64,000 bases of DNA from Bacteroidota bacterium (lineage in GTDB: Bacteria; Bacteroidota; Bacteroidia; Sphingobacteriales; Sphingobacteriaceae). The notes beneath the pieces are model-generated. The model saw only the letters and a program-made list of their open reading frames with translations, had not been told where the DNA came from and ran no database searches. Within the stretch, counting starts at the first letter, position 1; the number at the start of each line of letters is the position of its first letter. Where the stretch lies: contig JAZKCG010000004.1 of NCBI GenBank assembly GCA_040388175.1, positions 45,160 to 109,159 on the forward strand. The letters are read 5' to 3'. This document shows positions 47,674 through 58,524 of the stretch, piece by piece. Both the position numbers and the translations under genes were made by a program.

Positions 47674-48540
47674 TTAATTATTTAAGGTCAAGAATTTAAC
47701 AGGATTAACCGGACGGCCATCCTTACGTACTTCATAGTGCAGGTGGGTGCCGGTTGAACGGCCCGTAGAGCCAACCTCGCCCACTTTATCACCTACCGAC
47801 AGCAGTTGCCCTACTTTAACAGTAATGCGCGACAGATGCCCGTATAATGTCTGAAAACCATTGGCATGCGCAACGGTAACGCAATTACCGTAACCACCAT
47901 TCCACCCTGCAGATATAACACGACCGTTAGCCGTACATTTTGCGGCATCGCCACGGCTGCCTTTAAAATCGATCCCGGGATGAAATTCGGCATGTTCAGT
48001 ATTAAAGGGATCACTTCTATAACCAAAGCTTGATGTCATTGAACTGATCCGCGGATAACCCATTGGTGTAAAACCTACCGTGTTTACCAGGTTGGTCAAA
48101 TAATCATTATAGGCCATATAAATTTCCTTGTCAGAAAGTTTGGCATCGGCTTCCTTACTATCACCACCAACAGATTTGGTTGCAAAGCCTTTTAAGCCGC
48201 GCTTTCTTAAATAATCATTAATATGTTTTAGCTTGCCTTCAATAGCCTGTATATAGCTTTGAGCGCTATTCTTTTCGGCCTCCTGTTGTAAGGCTGCCGG
48301 GATCTGCCCTTTAAGGCTTACAATTTGTGATATTAGTTTTTGTTTTTCCAGCTCTTGCTGCTGGCTTTTGTTGTTAAGGAAAACTATTGACCCGATCAGT
48401 AAACCTATTACTCCAACAACGCCCATAGCATAATATTTTAACCGGGCTATATGGCTGGTGCGTATTTGTATAGTTTTAGTACCCTGCTTATTTTTACTTA
48501 AAATAACAATCGTACTAACATCCTTCTGATTTACTTTCAT
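47674..48540 (-). CDS. M23 family peptidoglycan endopeptidase
   Basis: N-terminal TM segment and coiled coil; HPGIDF, GYGN, GRSTGTHLHYEV motifs. Confidence 0.93.
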   Translation of the reverse strand: MKVNQKDVSTIVILSKNKQGTKTIQIRTSHIARLKYYAMGVVGVIGLLIGSIVFLNNKSQQQELEKQKLISQIVSLKGQIPAALQQEAEKNSAQSYIQAIEGKLKHINDYLRKRGLKGFATKSVGGDSKEADAKLSDKEIYMAYNDYLTNLVNTVGFTPMGYPRISSMTSSFGYRSDPFNTEHAEFHPGIDFKGSRGDAAKCTANGRVISAGWNGGYGNCVTVAHANGFQTLYGHLSRITVKVGQLLSVGDKVGEVGSTGRSTGTHLHYEVRKDGRPVNPVKFLTLNN

Positions 48541-48726
48541 TTACCTATATCACGATTAGGGGCGTGCAATTTAAAAAATGCTAACAACAAATCAACATTA
48601 ATTCAAACAATTTAACATTTACTTTGTATGCTCATTGTCAACATGGTGACATTATTACGAATTTTAAAACTTTAATGTTGCTCATTTATTACTTTTGTAT
48701 ATAAATTATTTGAAAAAAGACACATT

Positions 48727-49140
48727 ATGATGTATCCAGAATATTTAGTGACCCCAATGCGCGAAGAGTTAACCCGCGTTGGTTTTGAAGAATTAAAAGA
48801 TGCCGATGCCGTTAAACAAGCTATTGAAGGCGAAGGCACTGTATTGGTAATGGTAAACTCTGTCTGTGGTTGCGCGGCAGCTAATGCACGCCCTGCGGCG
48901 CGTATGTCTACCCAAAACGCCAAGCACCCTGATAAATTTGTAACGGTTTTTGCCGGTATGGAAAAAGAAGCTGTTGATACCGCACGTAACTACATGCTGC
49001 CTTATCCTCCGTCATCACCTGCTATGGCTTTGTTTAAAGATGGCAAACTGGTACATATGATAGAGCGTCATCAAATTGAAGGCCGCCCTGCACAAATGAT
49101 CGCTGATAACCTGATTGGCGCGTTTGAGCAATATTGCTAA
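48727..49140 (+). CDS. BrxA/BrxB (YphP/YqiW) family bacilliredoxin
   Basis: NSVCGCAA, PPSSP.MALFKDG and ERHQIEG motifs. Confidence 0.93.
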   Translation: MMYPEYLVTPMREELTRVGFEELKDADAVKQAIEGEGTVLVMVNSVCGCAAANARPAARMSTQNAKHPDKFVTVFAGMEKEAVDTARNYMLPYPPSSPAMALFKDGKLVHMIERHQIEGRPAQMIADNLIGAFEQYC

Positions 49141-49190
49141 GTTTAGAGGTTAGTGATCGGTTAATTAGAGAGTAGTTAGCTTTGATATAG

Positions 49191-49222
49191 AAAGTCCGTT
49201 GAATAAAACAGCGGACTTTTTT
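49191..49222. terminator. Intrinsic terminator
   Basis: AAAGTCCG...CGGACTTTTTT. Confidence 0.75.
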
Positions 49223-49230
49223 ATTGGTGA

Positions 49231-51624
49231 TCATTCTACCTTTAATGTTTCAACCGGGTTTGCCAGTGCTGCTTTAATAGATTGAAAGCTGATGGTAACA
49301 AAAGCGATCAAAACAGCTACTATGCCGGCAAGCGCGATAACCCACCATTGGATATTAATGCGATAAGCAAAATCCTGCAGCCATTTATTCATAGCATACC
49401 ATGCCAGCGGCGAAGCGATCAGGATGGAAATAAAAACCAATCTTACAAATTCCATAGACAGTAATCTTACAATTCCTGATATGCTTGCACCTAATACTTT
49501 GCGTATACCTATCTCTTTATTACGTTGTTCGGCAGCGTAGGCGGCAAGGCCAAACAGGCCCAGGCAGGCAATAAATATAGCCAGCGTACTAAAAGCGATA
49601 AACAACTCGCCGATGCGCTCTTCTGACCGATAGGTAGCATCAAAATCTTCATCCATAAATGAATAACTAAACTCCTGGTTAGGCGAAAAAACTTTCCATT
49701 TATTTTTCACTGTGCTTATAAATGCAGCTATATTTGCCACTTTTACACGTGCGCTTACCGCGCCGCGGTTTTCGTTATAAACCAACGCTACCGGTTTAAT
49801 TTCATTTCTTAATGAGCTGAAATTAAAATCCTTCATAACACCGATAATATGAAAACTTTGCAAACCCACACTATTGCGGTAAATGGGTTTATTAAGCGGA
49901 TTTTTAAAACCAAAGCGTTTCACAAAAGCCTCATTTACAATAAGACCAGTGCTATCTGTACCCATTTGCCTGGAAAAATTTCGTCCGGCTACCAGTTTGA
50001 TGCCCATTGTATTTAAATAATCCTCATCAACCGGCCAGAATTCCGATAATACATCCTGTTTAATATCCAGCGGTAATTGCGGAAACATGCCAGTAATGTT
50101 CCTGTCCTCGCCAGTAGGCAAATATGCCGACATAGTAGCACTAACCACACCCGGCATCTGTTTTACTTCCTGTTTGAAAGTGGCAGCCTGATTACCCAGC
50201 ACATTTACATTTTTAATAACCAGCACCTGGCTGCGGTCAAACCCCAGGCTTTTGTTATGGATATAGTTTAACTGGTTATAAATAACGATGGTACCTATGA
50301 TCAAAAATATCGAAATAGAGAATTGGAAAACCACGAGGAAACTGCGTAGATATCCACCTTTAAACCCGGTGGTTAATTTTCCTTTCAGTACCTCTATCGG
50401 CTTAAATGAAGAAAGGAAAAATGCAGGATAAAATCCGGCCAGCAATCCTATCAATAATGCAAAAATTAACGCGGGCAATAACCAGGCAAATGTATTTAAA
50501 CCCAGCGAAAGGTGTTTTGCGGCTACTTCATTAAATAATGGTATTGCCAATAAGGCCAGCACAATGGCTATAATAAACGCGATGAAGGTAACCAGCACTG
50601 ATTCTGTTAAAAATTGCGCTATTAAATATTTACGTGCCGAACCTAATACTTTGCGCACCCCAACTTCTTTAGCACGGCCCGAAGATCGGGCAGTTGATAA
50701 ATTCATAAAATTAACACAAGCTATCAACAGAATAAATACAGCGATCATCGAAAAAATATATACATATTTAATATTGCCGCTGTCTGAAAGCTCATACTGG
50801 CTATGCGAATGCAGGTGGATATCCAACAATGGGGTTAGTTCATAATTTAAATAATTGCCTCCCTTGGTCATTGAAGGAGGGTAATATTTAAGGGCAACTA
50901 AGCGTAAGTTTGCTTCCAATTTATGAATATCAGTACCGGGTTTAAGTACTACATAATTGTGGATACCGCTATATCCCCAGCCACCTGCATAATATTCGGG
51001 TATGGAATTATAGGATAAAATAAAATCATAATTAAAATGCGACTGTAAAGGAATATCCCTGATCACACCGGTAATTTTGTAGAAACTGGTATCATTAATA
51101 GTTAAGGTTTTGCCTACCGCTTTTGTATTGTTAAAATATTTTTTAGCCATACTTTCTGTAATCACCGCGCTGTGGGGTGATGATAGCGACGTTGCCGGCA
51201 CGCCTTCAATCATAGGTAGTGTAAATACATCAAACAAACTTGACTCTGCAAAGGCCACATTCTTTTCCTGGATGTTACTATTCCCTTTTTTGATGTTAAA
51301 TTTTTGCGAGGTTTTAAATAAAGTAGTTTTGGGAATGATCCTCGTCATTTTTTCTACTTCGGGATAATCCTTCAGAGCATACACCAGCGGTTTCTCAGAC
51401 CCGGCATAAGAAGCCTCATTGCCATTCAATTTCGCGTTTTCGGTTATACGGTAGATCCTGTCAACTTTTTTATTGTATTTATCATAGCTTAACTCATCTG
51501 CAACGTATAACACTATCAATAAACAGGTGGCTAACCCTACCGAAAGGCCCAGCACATTAATAGCAGTAAAACCTTTACTTTTTTTTAAGCTGCGATAGGC
51601 TATTTTGATATAATTTTTTATCAT
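49231..51624 (-). CDS. MacB/FtsX-like ABC transporter permease (double FtsX)
   Basis: INVLGLSVG, CVNFMNLSTAR...RAKEVGVRKVLGS and EIGIRKVLGAS motifs. Confidence 0.93.
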   Translation of the reverse strand: MIKNYIKIAYRSLKKSKGFTAINVLGLSVGLATCLLIVLYVADELSYDKYNKKVDRIYRITENAKLNGNEASYAGSEKPLVYALKDYPEVEKMTRIIPKTTLFKTSQKFNIKKGNSNIQEKNVAFAESSLFDVFTLPMIEGVPATSLSSPHSAVITESMAKKYFNNTKAVGKTLTINDTSFYKITGVIRDIPLQSHFNYDFILSYNSIPEYYAGGWGYSGIHNYVVLKPGTDIHKLEANLRLVALKYYPPSMTKGGNYLNYELTPLLDIHLHSHSQYELSDSGNIKYVYIFSMIAVFILLIACVNFMNLSTARSSGRAKEVGVRKVLGSARKYLIAQFLTESVLVTFIAFIIAIVLALLAIPLFNEVAAKHLSLGLNTFAWLLPALIFALLIGLLAGFYPAFFLSSFKPIEVLKGKLTTGFKGGYLRSFLVVFQFSISIFLIIGTIVIYNQLNYIHNKSLGFDRSQVLVIKNVNVLGNQAATFKQEVKQMPGVVSATMSAYLPTGEDRNITGMFPQLPLDIKQDVLSEFWPVDEDYLNTMGIKLVAGRNFSRQMGTDSTGLIVNEAFVKRFGFKNPLNKPIYRNSVGLQSFHIIGVMKDFNFSSLRNEIKPVALVYNENRGAVSARVKVANIAAFISTVKNKWKVFSPNQEFSYSFMDEDFDATYRSEERIGELFIAFSTLAIFIACLGLFGLAAYAAEQRNKEIGIRKVLGASISGIVRLLSMEFVRLVFISILIASPLAWYAMNKWLQDFAYRINIQWWVIALAGIVAVLIAFVTISFQSIKAALANPVETLKVE

Positions 51625-51664
51625 GACGATTATAATTACAAATCCACTTAATTAATATTCATAG

Positions 51665-51770
51665 TAAGACCAATTAAATGCCAATAATTTAAGTTACTGA
51701 TTATCAAATAATTAAAAACAAATCAGCACTAATACCCGTACGGTTTCGATACACCCGTCGTTCGCTTTTA
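51665..51770 (-). promoter_or_regulatory. Possible sigma-54-like promoter with an upstream dyad-like activator site for the permease gene
   Basis: The minus strand reads TTGGCATTTAATTGGT (good -24, imperfect -12), with GTGTATCGAAACCGTAC upstream. Confidence 0.3.
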
Positions 51771-51878
51771 TTCTGATCAATGCTAACCATAAAAACATGG
51801 TGTAACATTTTAAAAAGCCTTGCGTCTTAAATATTAATTAAAACGCTTAATTTCGCTAAAAACTGATTCGTTATTCTG

Positions 51879-54368
51879 ATGAGAAAACACACATTAGCCG
51901 GTTTCTTTACCGGTATTGTAATTACTGCTGGCTCTGTCGCCACAGTAATGGCCCAGGCGCCAAAGGCCGAATCGCCGGAAATGAAAATTTACCGCGCCAC
52001 GCCTACCCGTATCAACGACTTGATCCATACTAAACTTGATGTACGCTTCGACTACAAAAAATGCTACTTATATGGCAAAGAATGGGTTACTTTAAAACCT
52101 CACTTTTATCCTACCGATACCTTAAGGTTAGATGCCAAGGGGATGGATATTAAAAATATCTCTATCGTTAAAAACGGCAAGAACATCCCGCTTAAATATA
52201 AATATCAGGACAGCCTGAGTTTAGCTATCCAGTTAGATAAAGTATATCATAATAACGAAAACTATACCGTTTACATCGACTATACTTCAAAACCAAACGA
52301 GCTGCATGTAAAAGGCAGCGCGGCTATTAACGATGCTAAAGGCTTATATTTTATCAACCCTGACGGTACAGAAAAAGATAAACCAACCCAGATTTGGACA
52401 CAAGGCGAAACCGAAAGCTCATCATGCTGGTTCCCTACCATCGATAAATCGCAGCAAAAAACCACCGATGAGATCAGTATGACCGTTCCGGCAAAGTATG
52501 TTACCCTATCAAACGGCAGGCTGGCATCGCAAAAGGTTAATGGCGATGGCACACGCACAGATACCTGGAAACAGGAATTGCCACACTCGCCTTACTTGTT
52601 TATGATGGCCGTAGGCGATTTTAAGATCTACAAAGACAAATGGCGCGACAAAGAAGTCAGCTATTACCTCGAGCCAAAATACGCCCCTTATGCCAAAGAG
52701 ATCTTCGGCATGACGCCGGAGCTGATCGAGTTTTATTCAAAAACTTTGGGCGTTGATTTTCCATGGTATAAGTACTCGCAGATCGTAGTACGCGATTACG
52801 TGAGCGGCGCTATGGAAAACACATCAGCTACCCTGCATGGCGAATATGTGCAAGGCACCAAACGCGAGTTATTGGATGCTTATTATGACGCGGGCCGCAG
52901 TACTATCGCGCATGAACTATTCCACCAATGGTTTGGCGATTTGGTTACTGCCGAAAGCTGGAGCAATTTGACCGTAAATGAGTCATTCGCTGATTTTAGC
53001 GAGATGCTTTGGGCCGAGCATAAATATGGTAAAGATGAAGCTGACGCGCATAGCTATACCGCTATGGTGAATTACCTGTCGCAACCGGCAAATAAAACTA
53101 AGGACCTGGTGCGCTTCCATTACAATGATAAAGAAGATGTATTTGATTTAGTGACCTATCAAAAAGGTGGCCGCATTTTAAATATGCTGCGCAATTATTT
53201 AGGTTATGACGCATTTTACAAAGGCCTGGGCATATACCTTAAAACCAATGCCTATAAAGCCGGCGAAGCGCAACAACTCCGTTTAGCATTAGAAGAAGCC
53301 AGCGGTCGAGATCTGAACTGGTTCTTTAACCAATGGTACTACAGCCATGGTAACCCAACTTTAAAGATCAGTTACAACTGGGATGAGGCTACTAAAAAAG
53401 AAACTGTTTACCTGCAACAAACGCAGGATGGCAACGGCTTTATTTTGCCAATGGCGATTGACATCTACGCCGGTGGCAAAAAAACACGTCACAATATCTG
53501 GATGAACGACAAGGCTGATACCTTAACTTTTGCATCGGCAGTAAAACCGGACCTGGTGAATGTTGACGGCGACAAAGTTTTGTTAGCGGAAAAACGCGAC
53601 AGCAAAACATTGGACGAATATGTGTTCCAATATTTTAACGCGCCATTATACCTGGACCGTTTTGAAGCGATAGATAAAGCTACCCCAGAGCAGGGCAGTG
53701 AGGGCGCACGTAAAGTAATGTTAGCCGCTTTAAAAGACAAATACTACGGCCTGCGTATTAAAGCCATCAAAGGTTTAAACATGACTAATGATGATGTACG
53801 CAACGCGGCACAACCTATCTTGTTGTCATTAGTGCAAACAGATGAGAATACCTTAGTTCGTGCTGCCGCGATATCGACATTAGGCAAATTAAAAGCGCCC
53901 GGCATGATGAACACGTTTAATGAAGCATTGAAAAGTGAATCGTACGCGGTACAAGGTGCTGCTTTAGCCGCAATTGCTTTACAGGAACCTGCACAGGCAT
54001 TAACCTTAGCTAAAGCGTTCGAGAAAGACAACAAAAATGCCCTTACCCTGGCCATGATCAATGTTTATGCAACTGCCGGAGGTGATGCTGAATGGCCGTT
54101 TGTATACCAACAATTTAAAGATGCTACTATACAAAACAAGTTTGCTATGGTTAGAGAATTTGCAGGCATGACCGGCAAAGTTACCAAGCCAGAGTATGCC
54201 CAACAAGGCATAGGCATTATTAAAGATACCGCCATTAAATACAAAATGTATGGCGTTGCCCAGCCATTAATCACCATGCTTGACGGCATAAAAACACAAC
54301 GCACCCAAATGAGCGATACCGCATCGGCTAATGCTGTTGATGAAGCTATAAAAGAGATCAATAAATAA
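51879..54368 (+). CDS. M1 family aminopeptidase with a C-terminal HEAT-repeat domain
   Basis: GAMEN motif and HELFHQW followed by NESFA (HEXXH...E). Confidence 0.95.
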   Translation: MRKHTLAGFFTGIVITAGSVATVMAQAPKAESPEMKIYRATPTRINDLIHTKLDVRFDYKKCYLYGKEWVTLKPHFYPTDTLRLDAKGMDIKNISIVKNGKNIPLKYKYQDSLSLAIQLDKVYHNNENYTVYIDYTSKPNELHVKGSAAINDAKGLYFINPDGTEKDKPTQIWTQGETESSSCWFPTIDKSQQKTTDEISMTVPAKYVTLSNGRLASQKVNGDGTRTDTWKQELPHSPYLFMMAVGDFKIYKDKWRDKEVSYYLEPKYAPYAKEIFGMTPELIEFYSKTLGVDFPWYKYSQIVVRDYVSGAMENTSATLHGEYVQGTKRELLDAYYDAGRSTIAHELFHQWFGDLVTAESWSNLTVNESFADFSEMLWAEHKYGKDEADAHSYTAMVNYLSQPANKTKDLVRFHYNDKEDVFDLVTYQKGGRILNMLRNYLGYDAFYKGLGIYLKTNAYKAGEAQQLRLALEEASGRDLNWFFNQWYYSHGNPTLKISYNWDEATKKETVYLQQTQDGNGFILPMAIDIYAGGKKTRHNIWMNDKADTLTFASAVKPDLVNVDGDKVLLAEKRDSKTLDEYVFQYFNAPLYLDRFEAIDKATPEQGSEGARKVMLAALKDKYYGLRIKAIKGLNMTNDDVRNAAQPILLSLVQTDENTLVRAAAISTLGKLKAPGMMNTFNEALKSESYAVQGAALAAIALQEPAQALTLAKAFEKDNKNALTLAMINVYATAGGDAEWPFVYQQFKDATIQNKFAMVREFAGMTGKVTKPEYAQQGIGIIKDTAIKYKMYGVAQPLITMLDGIKTQRTQMSDTASANAVDEAIKEINK

Positions 54369-54389
54369 TTGGTGTCAATTATATTGGAG

Positions 54390-54418
54390 AAAGGGAGGCT
54401 TACACAGCCTCCCTTTTT
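54390..54418 (+). terminator. Intrinsic terminator
   Basis: AAAGGGAGGCT/AGCCTCCCTTTTT. Confidence 0.85.
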
Positions 54419-54527
54419 GTTTATAAATAGTTCGATGACAAAAATCTCTATCAAAAAAGGATAATAAAGGCTCATACTTTTTTAATAATATTGTATAACC
54501 ATTATTAACCCTTACCTAATACTTTTA

Positions 54528-55370
54528 TTGATGCTGTTAAAAAGAACGCTTACAGTTGTTTTATTGCTGGCGATATTTTTGAGTTCGCCGGTTTTTGCTG
54601 TGCCTAAAAACATCAGGGTATTAGTATACACCAAAAACGGCAAGGGTTACGTGCATGATAATATCGCAGCAACGGTTAAGTGTATTCAGAAATTAGGCGT
54701 TGAAAATGGTTTTAAAGTGGATGTTTCTGATAATCCGGCTATTTATACCGAACAAAACCTGCAACAATATACCCTGCTGATATTTGCAAGCACCAATAAT
54801 GATGTATTTGATAACGATTCGCAGAGATTAGCCTTCAGACGATATATAGAGGCCGGTGGTGGTTTTGTGGGTATCCACTCGGCAGTAGGTACAGAACGCA
54901 ACTGGACCTGGTTCAAACAAATGCTGGGCGGCACTTTTGCCTGGCATGCGCACCACCAAAAATTTACCGTAAAAGTTATAGACCCATCGCACCCAACCAT
55001 GCAAGGCTGGCCGTTGGTAAGTGAGCGCGAATTGGGCGACGAATGCTATTTTACTAAAGAACTTTACCCCGGCATTAAAGTTACCATGGTGCATGACCTT
55101 ACCACATTGGATAAACGCGATTCGGTAGAGATCAGGAAAAACCGGGGATCATTCGCGGATCTATTCCCCGCCGAGTGGTACCAACAATTTGATGGTGGCA
55201 ACATCTGGATAACCACATTAGGGCATGACAAAGAATACTACCAACAACCCAAGTTTAGTAATCACCTTTTAAAAGGCATATTATTTATTGCCGGCCAATC
55301 AAAAAAGTTCGATCAATCAAAAGCTTATGCCGATAACCGGGACACTCCTGTTCGGTATTCATCCAAATAA
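54528..55370 (+). CDS. ThuA-like domain protein
   Basis: GYVHDNI, GGGFVGIHSA and TTLGH motifs. Confidence 0.88.
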   Translation: MMLLKRTLTVVLLLAIFLSSPVFAVPKNIRVLVYTKNGKGYVHDNIAATVKCIQKLGVENGFKVDVSDNPAIYTEQNLQQYTLLIFASTNNDVFDNDSQRLAFRRYIEAGGGFVGIHSAVGTERNWTWFKQMLGGTFAWHAHHQKFTVKVIDPSHPTMQGWPLVSERELGDECYFTKELYPGIKVTMVHDLTTLDKRDSVEIRKNRGSFADLFPAEWYQQFDGGNIWITTLGHDKEYYQQPKFSNHLLKGILFIAGQSKKFDQSKAYADNRDTPVRYSSK

Positions 55371-55380
55371 ACCAACAGCC

Positions 55381-56787
55381 ATGGATACTAAAAAAACTGC
55401 TTACACCCGCCGAGATTTTGTTAAAACCGCCGCGCTAACTACGGCGGCCTTCAGTTTTCCGGCTATTGTACCGGCATCTGTATTTGGTAAAAATGCGCCA
55501 AGCAACAAGATCAATATCGGGCAGATAGGTTGCGGCCGTATAGCCTGCACGCATGACCTGGTCGAGACCTTTAAATATGACAAGGCCCGCATTATGGCCA
55601 TGGCCGATGTTGATCATAAGCGCTTATTGAGTGGCAAAAAAATGATAGAGGGTTGGTATGATAAAAAGATGGGCAAGACCAACTATATCGATGTGAAGAC
55701 CTACGATGATTACCATGATCTACTGGCCAATAAAGACATTGACGCTGTCATCATCAGCACACCCGACCATTGGCACGCCCAACCCGCTATAGAGGCTGCT
55801 ATGGCCGGCAAACATATCTACCTGCAAAAGCCAACCTCGTTAACTATCGAAGAGGGTAGGGCCATGAGTAACGCGGTAAGCAAATCGGGGGTTACTTTTC
55901 AGTTAGGTAGCCAGCAACGGGGTGCCTATCCATGGCCGCAGTTTAAAAAAGCCTGCGAACTGGTACGCAACGGCCGCATAGGCAAGCTACATACCGTAAA
56001 TGTTGGCCTTCCGGCAGATATAGTTGGTGGCAATACCGCCGAAATGCCCATCCCCGAAGGGTTAAATTATGACATGCTGTTAGGATCTACTCCTTATGTA
56101 TATTATACGTTGGATAGGGCGCATTCTACTACCGACATTGGTTCGCGTGGTGGCTGGCTACGTTGCGAACAGTTTGGCGCGGGCATGATAACCGGTTGGG
56201 GTGTACACCATATTGACATTGCCCATTGGGGAATGAATACGGAATATACCGGCCCGATAGAAATAGAGGGGCACGCCAATTTCCCGAAAACCGGCCTATG
56301 GGATGTGCATTTAGATTTTGATGTAAAGGCCAAATATGCCAACGGCATTAATATGCTCATTAACAGCAAAAACCCCAACGGAATAAAATTTGAAGGTACC
56401 GAAGGCTGGATCTTTGTAGCCAGGGATGGCGGTGGCGTTACGGCTTCCGACCCGGTAGCTAATAAGGCCGCAGCCTTTAAGGCCAGTGACCCGAAGATAT
56501 TGACTTCAGTAATAGGACCCAACGAAGTACATCTTTACGCCGACGATCACGAACAGCATGGCAACTGGTTGGATTGCATAGAAAGTAAAAAGCCAACCAT
56601 CAGCCCGGTTGAAGTAGCGCACCGCTCCTGCAGCGCCTGTCTTGTGGCGCACATTTCCATGAAAGTGCCCGGCAAATTATATTGGGATCCAAAGACCGAA
56701 CGCTTTAAGGATAACGCAGAAGCTAACAAGCTGCTATCGCGTCCGCAACGCTATCCTTATGGGACGAATTATGTGAAGGTGGGGTAA
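55381..56787 (+). CDS. Tat-exported Gfo/Idh/MocA oxidoreductase
   Basis: TRRDFVK twin-arginine signal; IGQIGCG, ISTPDHWH, YLQKP and WGVHHID motifs. The likely start is the ATG at 55381. Confidence 0.9.
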   Translation: MDTKKTAYTRRDFVKTAALTTAAFSFPAIVPASVFGKNAPSNKINIGQIGCGRIACTHDLVETFKYDKARIMAMADVDHKRLLSGKKMIEGWYDKKMGKTNYIDVKTYDDYHDLLANKDIDAVIISTPDHWHAQPAIEAAMAGKHIYLQKPTSLTIEEGRAMSNAVSKSGVTFQLGSQQRGAYPWPQFKKACELVRNGRIGKLHTVNVGLPADIVGGNTAEMPIPEGLNYDMLLGSTPYVYYTLDRAHSTTDIGSRGGWLRCEQFGAGMITGWGVHHIDIAHWGMNTEYTGPIEIEGHANFPKTGLWDVHLDFDVKAKYANGINMLINSKNPNGIKFEGTEGWIFVARDGGGVTASDPVANKAAAFKASDPKILTSVIGPNEVHLYADDHEQHGNWLDCIESKKPTISPVEVAHRSCSACLVAHISMKVPGKLYWDPKTERFKDNAEANKLLSRPQRYPYGTNYVKVG

Positions 56788-56812
56788 TACTTTAGAATAA
56801 AAGATAAAAAAA

Positions 56813-56905
56813 ATGTCAATTGCGAGAAGGAACGACGAAGCAATCGCACGTAGTAATATCTACACTTTTCTCCGTGCGATTGCCACGCTACGCTCGCAAT
56901 GACAT
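56813..56905. repeat. GTCATTGCGAG/CTCGCAATGAC palindromic element (degenerate copy)
   Basis: ATGTCAATTGCGAG...GAAGCAATCGCACG...CGTGCGATTGC...CTCGCAATGACAT. Confidence 0.8.
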
Positions 56906-56916
56906 ATAATGCAAAC

Positions 56917-56950
56917 AAAAAAGGGCCTGATCCTAAAATCAAGCCCTTTA
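56917..56950. terminator. Terminator between the convergent oxidoreductase and ahcY genes
   Basis: AAAAAAGGGC...GCCCTTTT. Confidence 0.65.
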
Positions 56951-56981
56951 ATCTTTTAGCTTTCGCCTTTAAACTTACAGC

Positions 56982-58298
56982 TTAATAACGGTAGTATTCC
57001 GGTTTAAACGGACCTTCAACAGTTACGCCGATGTATTCGGCCTGATCCTGGTCAAGTACTTCCAGCTCTACACCAATTTTAGCAAGATGTAAACGGGCAA
57101 CTTTTTCGTCTAAGTGTTTTGGTAAGGTGTAAACCAGGTTTTCGTAAGCGCCGGCGTTTGTCCAAAGCTCTAATTGCGCTAAAGTTTGATTGGTGAATGA
57201 GTTACTCATTACAAAGCTTGGGTGGCCTGTAGCACAACCTAAGTTTACCAAACGGCCTTCAGCTAAAACAATAACGTCGCTACCATTGATGGTATATTTA
57301 TCAACCTGTGGTTTAATTTCAATTTTGGTATCGCCATAAGCGCTGTTTAACCAGGCCATATCGATCTCGTTATCAAAGTGACCAATGTTACAAACGATGG
57401 CTTTGTCTTTCAATGCACGGAAATGTTCTTCGCGAACAATGTTCATGTTACCGGTAGCGGTCACTACGATATCAGCCTCTGCAATAGCAGTGCTTAATTT
57501 CTTAACCTCAAAACCTTCCATAGCTGCCTGTAAAGCACAGATAGGGTCGATCTCGGTAACAATAACACGTACACCGGCGTTACGTAATGAATCTGCAGAT
57601 CCTTTACCTACATCGCCATAACCACAAACAACACCAACTTTACCGGCCATCATCACATCGGTAGCGCGACGGATCGCGTCAACTAATGATTCGCGGCAAC
57701 CATATTTGTTATCAAATTTTGATTTGGTAACAGAATCGTTAATGTTGATAGCAGGGATAGGTAATGTACCGGCTTTAACGCGCTCATATAAGCGGTGTAC
57801 ACCAGTTGTGGTTTCTTCTGATAAACCTTTAATGCCTGATACTAATTCAGGGTAACGATCAAATACCATATTGGTTAAATCACCACCATCGTCTAAGATC
57901 ATGTTTAATGGTTTGCGGTCCTCGCCAAAGAACAAAGTTTGTTCAATGCACCAATCAAAATCTGGCTCATTTAAACCTTTCCATGCATAAACAGAGATAC
58001 CGGCAGCAGCGATAGCAGCAGCGGCATGATCCTGAGTTGAAAAAATGTTACATGATGACCACGTAACTTCTGCACCCAATGCAACCAATGTTTCAATTAA
58101 AACAGCGGTTTGGATGGTCATGTGCAGGCAGCCTGCAATGCGTGCACCGGCTAACGGTTGTGCAGCGCCAAATTCGTGGCGCAGGGCCATTAAGCCCGGC
58201 ATTTCTGCTTCGGCTAAGCCTATTTCTTTACGGCCCCATTCGGCTAAAGAAATGTCTTTTACTTTGTACTTGGTGTAAGCGGTCTCTACTGATGACAT
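56982..58298 (-). CDS. ahcY: Adenosylhomocysteinase
   Basis: [36 protein letters not shown] and GRLVNLGCA motifs. The likely start is the ATG at 58298. Confidence 0.98.
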   Translation of the reverse strand: MSSVETAYTKYKVKDISLAEWGRKEIGLAEAEMPGLMALRHEFGAAQPLAGARIAGCLHMTIQTAVLIETLVALGAEVTWSSCNIFSTQDHAAAAIAAAGISVYAWKGLNEPDFDWCIEQTLFFGEDRKPLNMILDDGGDLTNMVFDRYPELVSGIKGLSEETTTGVHRLYERVKAGTLPIPAININDSVTKSKFDNKYGCRESLVDAIRRATDVMMAGKVGVVCGYGDVGKGSADSLRNAGVRVIVTEIDPICALQAAMEGFEVKKLSTAIAEADIVVTATGNMNIVREEHFRALKDKAIVCNIGHFDNEIDMAWLNSAYGDTKIEIKPQVDKYTINGSDVIVLAEGRLVNLGCATGHPSFVMSNSFTNQTLAQLELWTNAGAYENLVYTLPKHLDEKVARLHLAKIGVELEVLDQDQAEYIGVTVEGPFKPEYYRY

Positions 58299-58516
58299 AG
58301 CGTTTTTATTTTTTTGAGCTGCAAAATTAACACATTCCCCTGTCAAAACGAAATTGTAAGGTATTCATTTGGCGATTATTGCAGACAGGTGATGAGATAT
58401 AAGTACTTGCTACAAAGTATAGGCCTTTCATCTCGTGTAGAAATCCTGCTATTACTCCATTAAAATCCCCTCCGTAACTTTTTAAATATTATTTTACATA
58501 CCACCTGTTTTACCCC

Positions 58517-58524
58517 TACCTTTG
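58517..58524 (+). promoter_or_regulatory. TAnnTTTG promoter element for fumC
   Basis: TACCTTTG lies ~25 nt upstream of the ATG. Confidence 0.6.

Noticed and set aside
48727-49140. Bacilliredoxin outside Firmicutes as a novelty
   Set aside because: BrxA/B-family proteins are already known in Bacteroidota.
55288-55380. Upstream extension of the oxidoreductase ORF
   Set aside because: It overlaps the ThuA gene; the ATG at 55381 puts the Tat motif near the N-terminus.
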